DNA of 64,000 nucleotides from positions 464 through 64,463 of the forward strand of contig CAYPRG010000001.1 in assembly GCA_964413025.1 (NCBI GenBank), read 5' to 3'. Under the pieces are notes generated by a model that had not been told where the DNA came from, made no database searches, and saw nothing but the letters and a program-made list of their open reading frames with translations. This document shows positions 64,000 through 64,000 of this stretch, one piece after another. The position numbers and the translations under genes are program-made. This stretch comes from an uncultured Planctomycetales bacterium. GTDB taxonomy: Bacteria > Omnitrophota > Gorgyraeia > Gygaellales > Profunditerraquicolaceae. Position 1 is the first letter of the stretch. Every line of letters begins with the position of its first letter.

Positions 64000-64000
64000 A

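Noticed and set aside
1-64000. CRISPR arrays, tRNA/rRNA, transposases, terminators
   Set aside because: None seen by eye; the window is continuously coding and its repeats are degenerate at the protein level

Overview
The whole window appears to be the interior of one giant minus-strand open reading frame. Its codons are the + strand triplets starting at positions 1,4,7..., giving at least 21,333 codons with neither end inside the window. The ORF track misses it because the frame contains no stop: every line I translated by hand was stop-free, and no track ORF lies in this frame. Read N to C (high to low coordinates), it strings together about 35 recognisable domains: FKS/callose-synthase (GT48)-like glucan synthase, UDP-glucose pyrophosphorylase, GNATs, HEAT blocks, 2H phosphoesterase, glucan phosphorylase (GT35)-like, CPBP-like membrane protease, GT20, NUDIX, PFK, NadD-like, P-loop kinase, GH161, caspase/CHAT-like protease, methyltransferases, GGDEF, MraZ, PGM, PGI, CCA/polyA-polymerase head, DUF4912+GH57, MalK, YdcF, patatin, family II PPase, CheD-like, GH13, sigma-70 and a clan GH-A hydrolase. 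The linkers carry recurring [RTHQK][GA]PP...HExxH/E modules, internal prepilin-like sites, lipoboxes and signal-peptide-like segments, which suggests a processed polyprotein (inference). An RBS-led small gene is nested out of frame at 32.7-33.0 kb. The architecture resembles giant genes described in Omnitrophota (inference). Domain boundaries are approximate and come from manual translation and motif recall, not database searches. I saw no rRNA, tRNA, CRISPR or IS elements.
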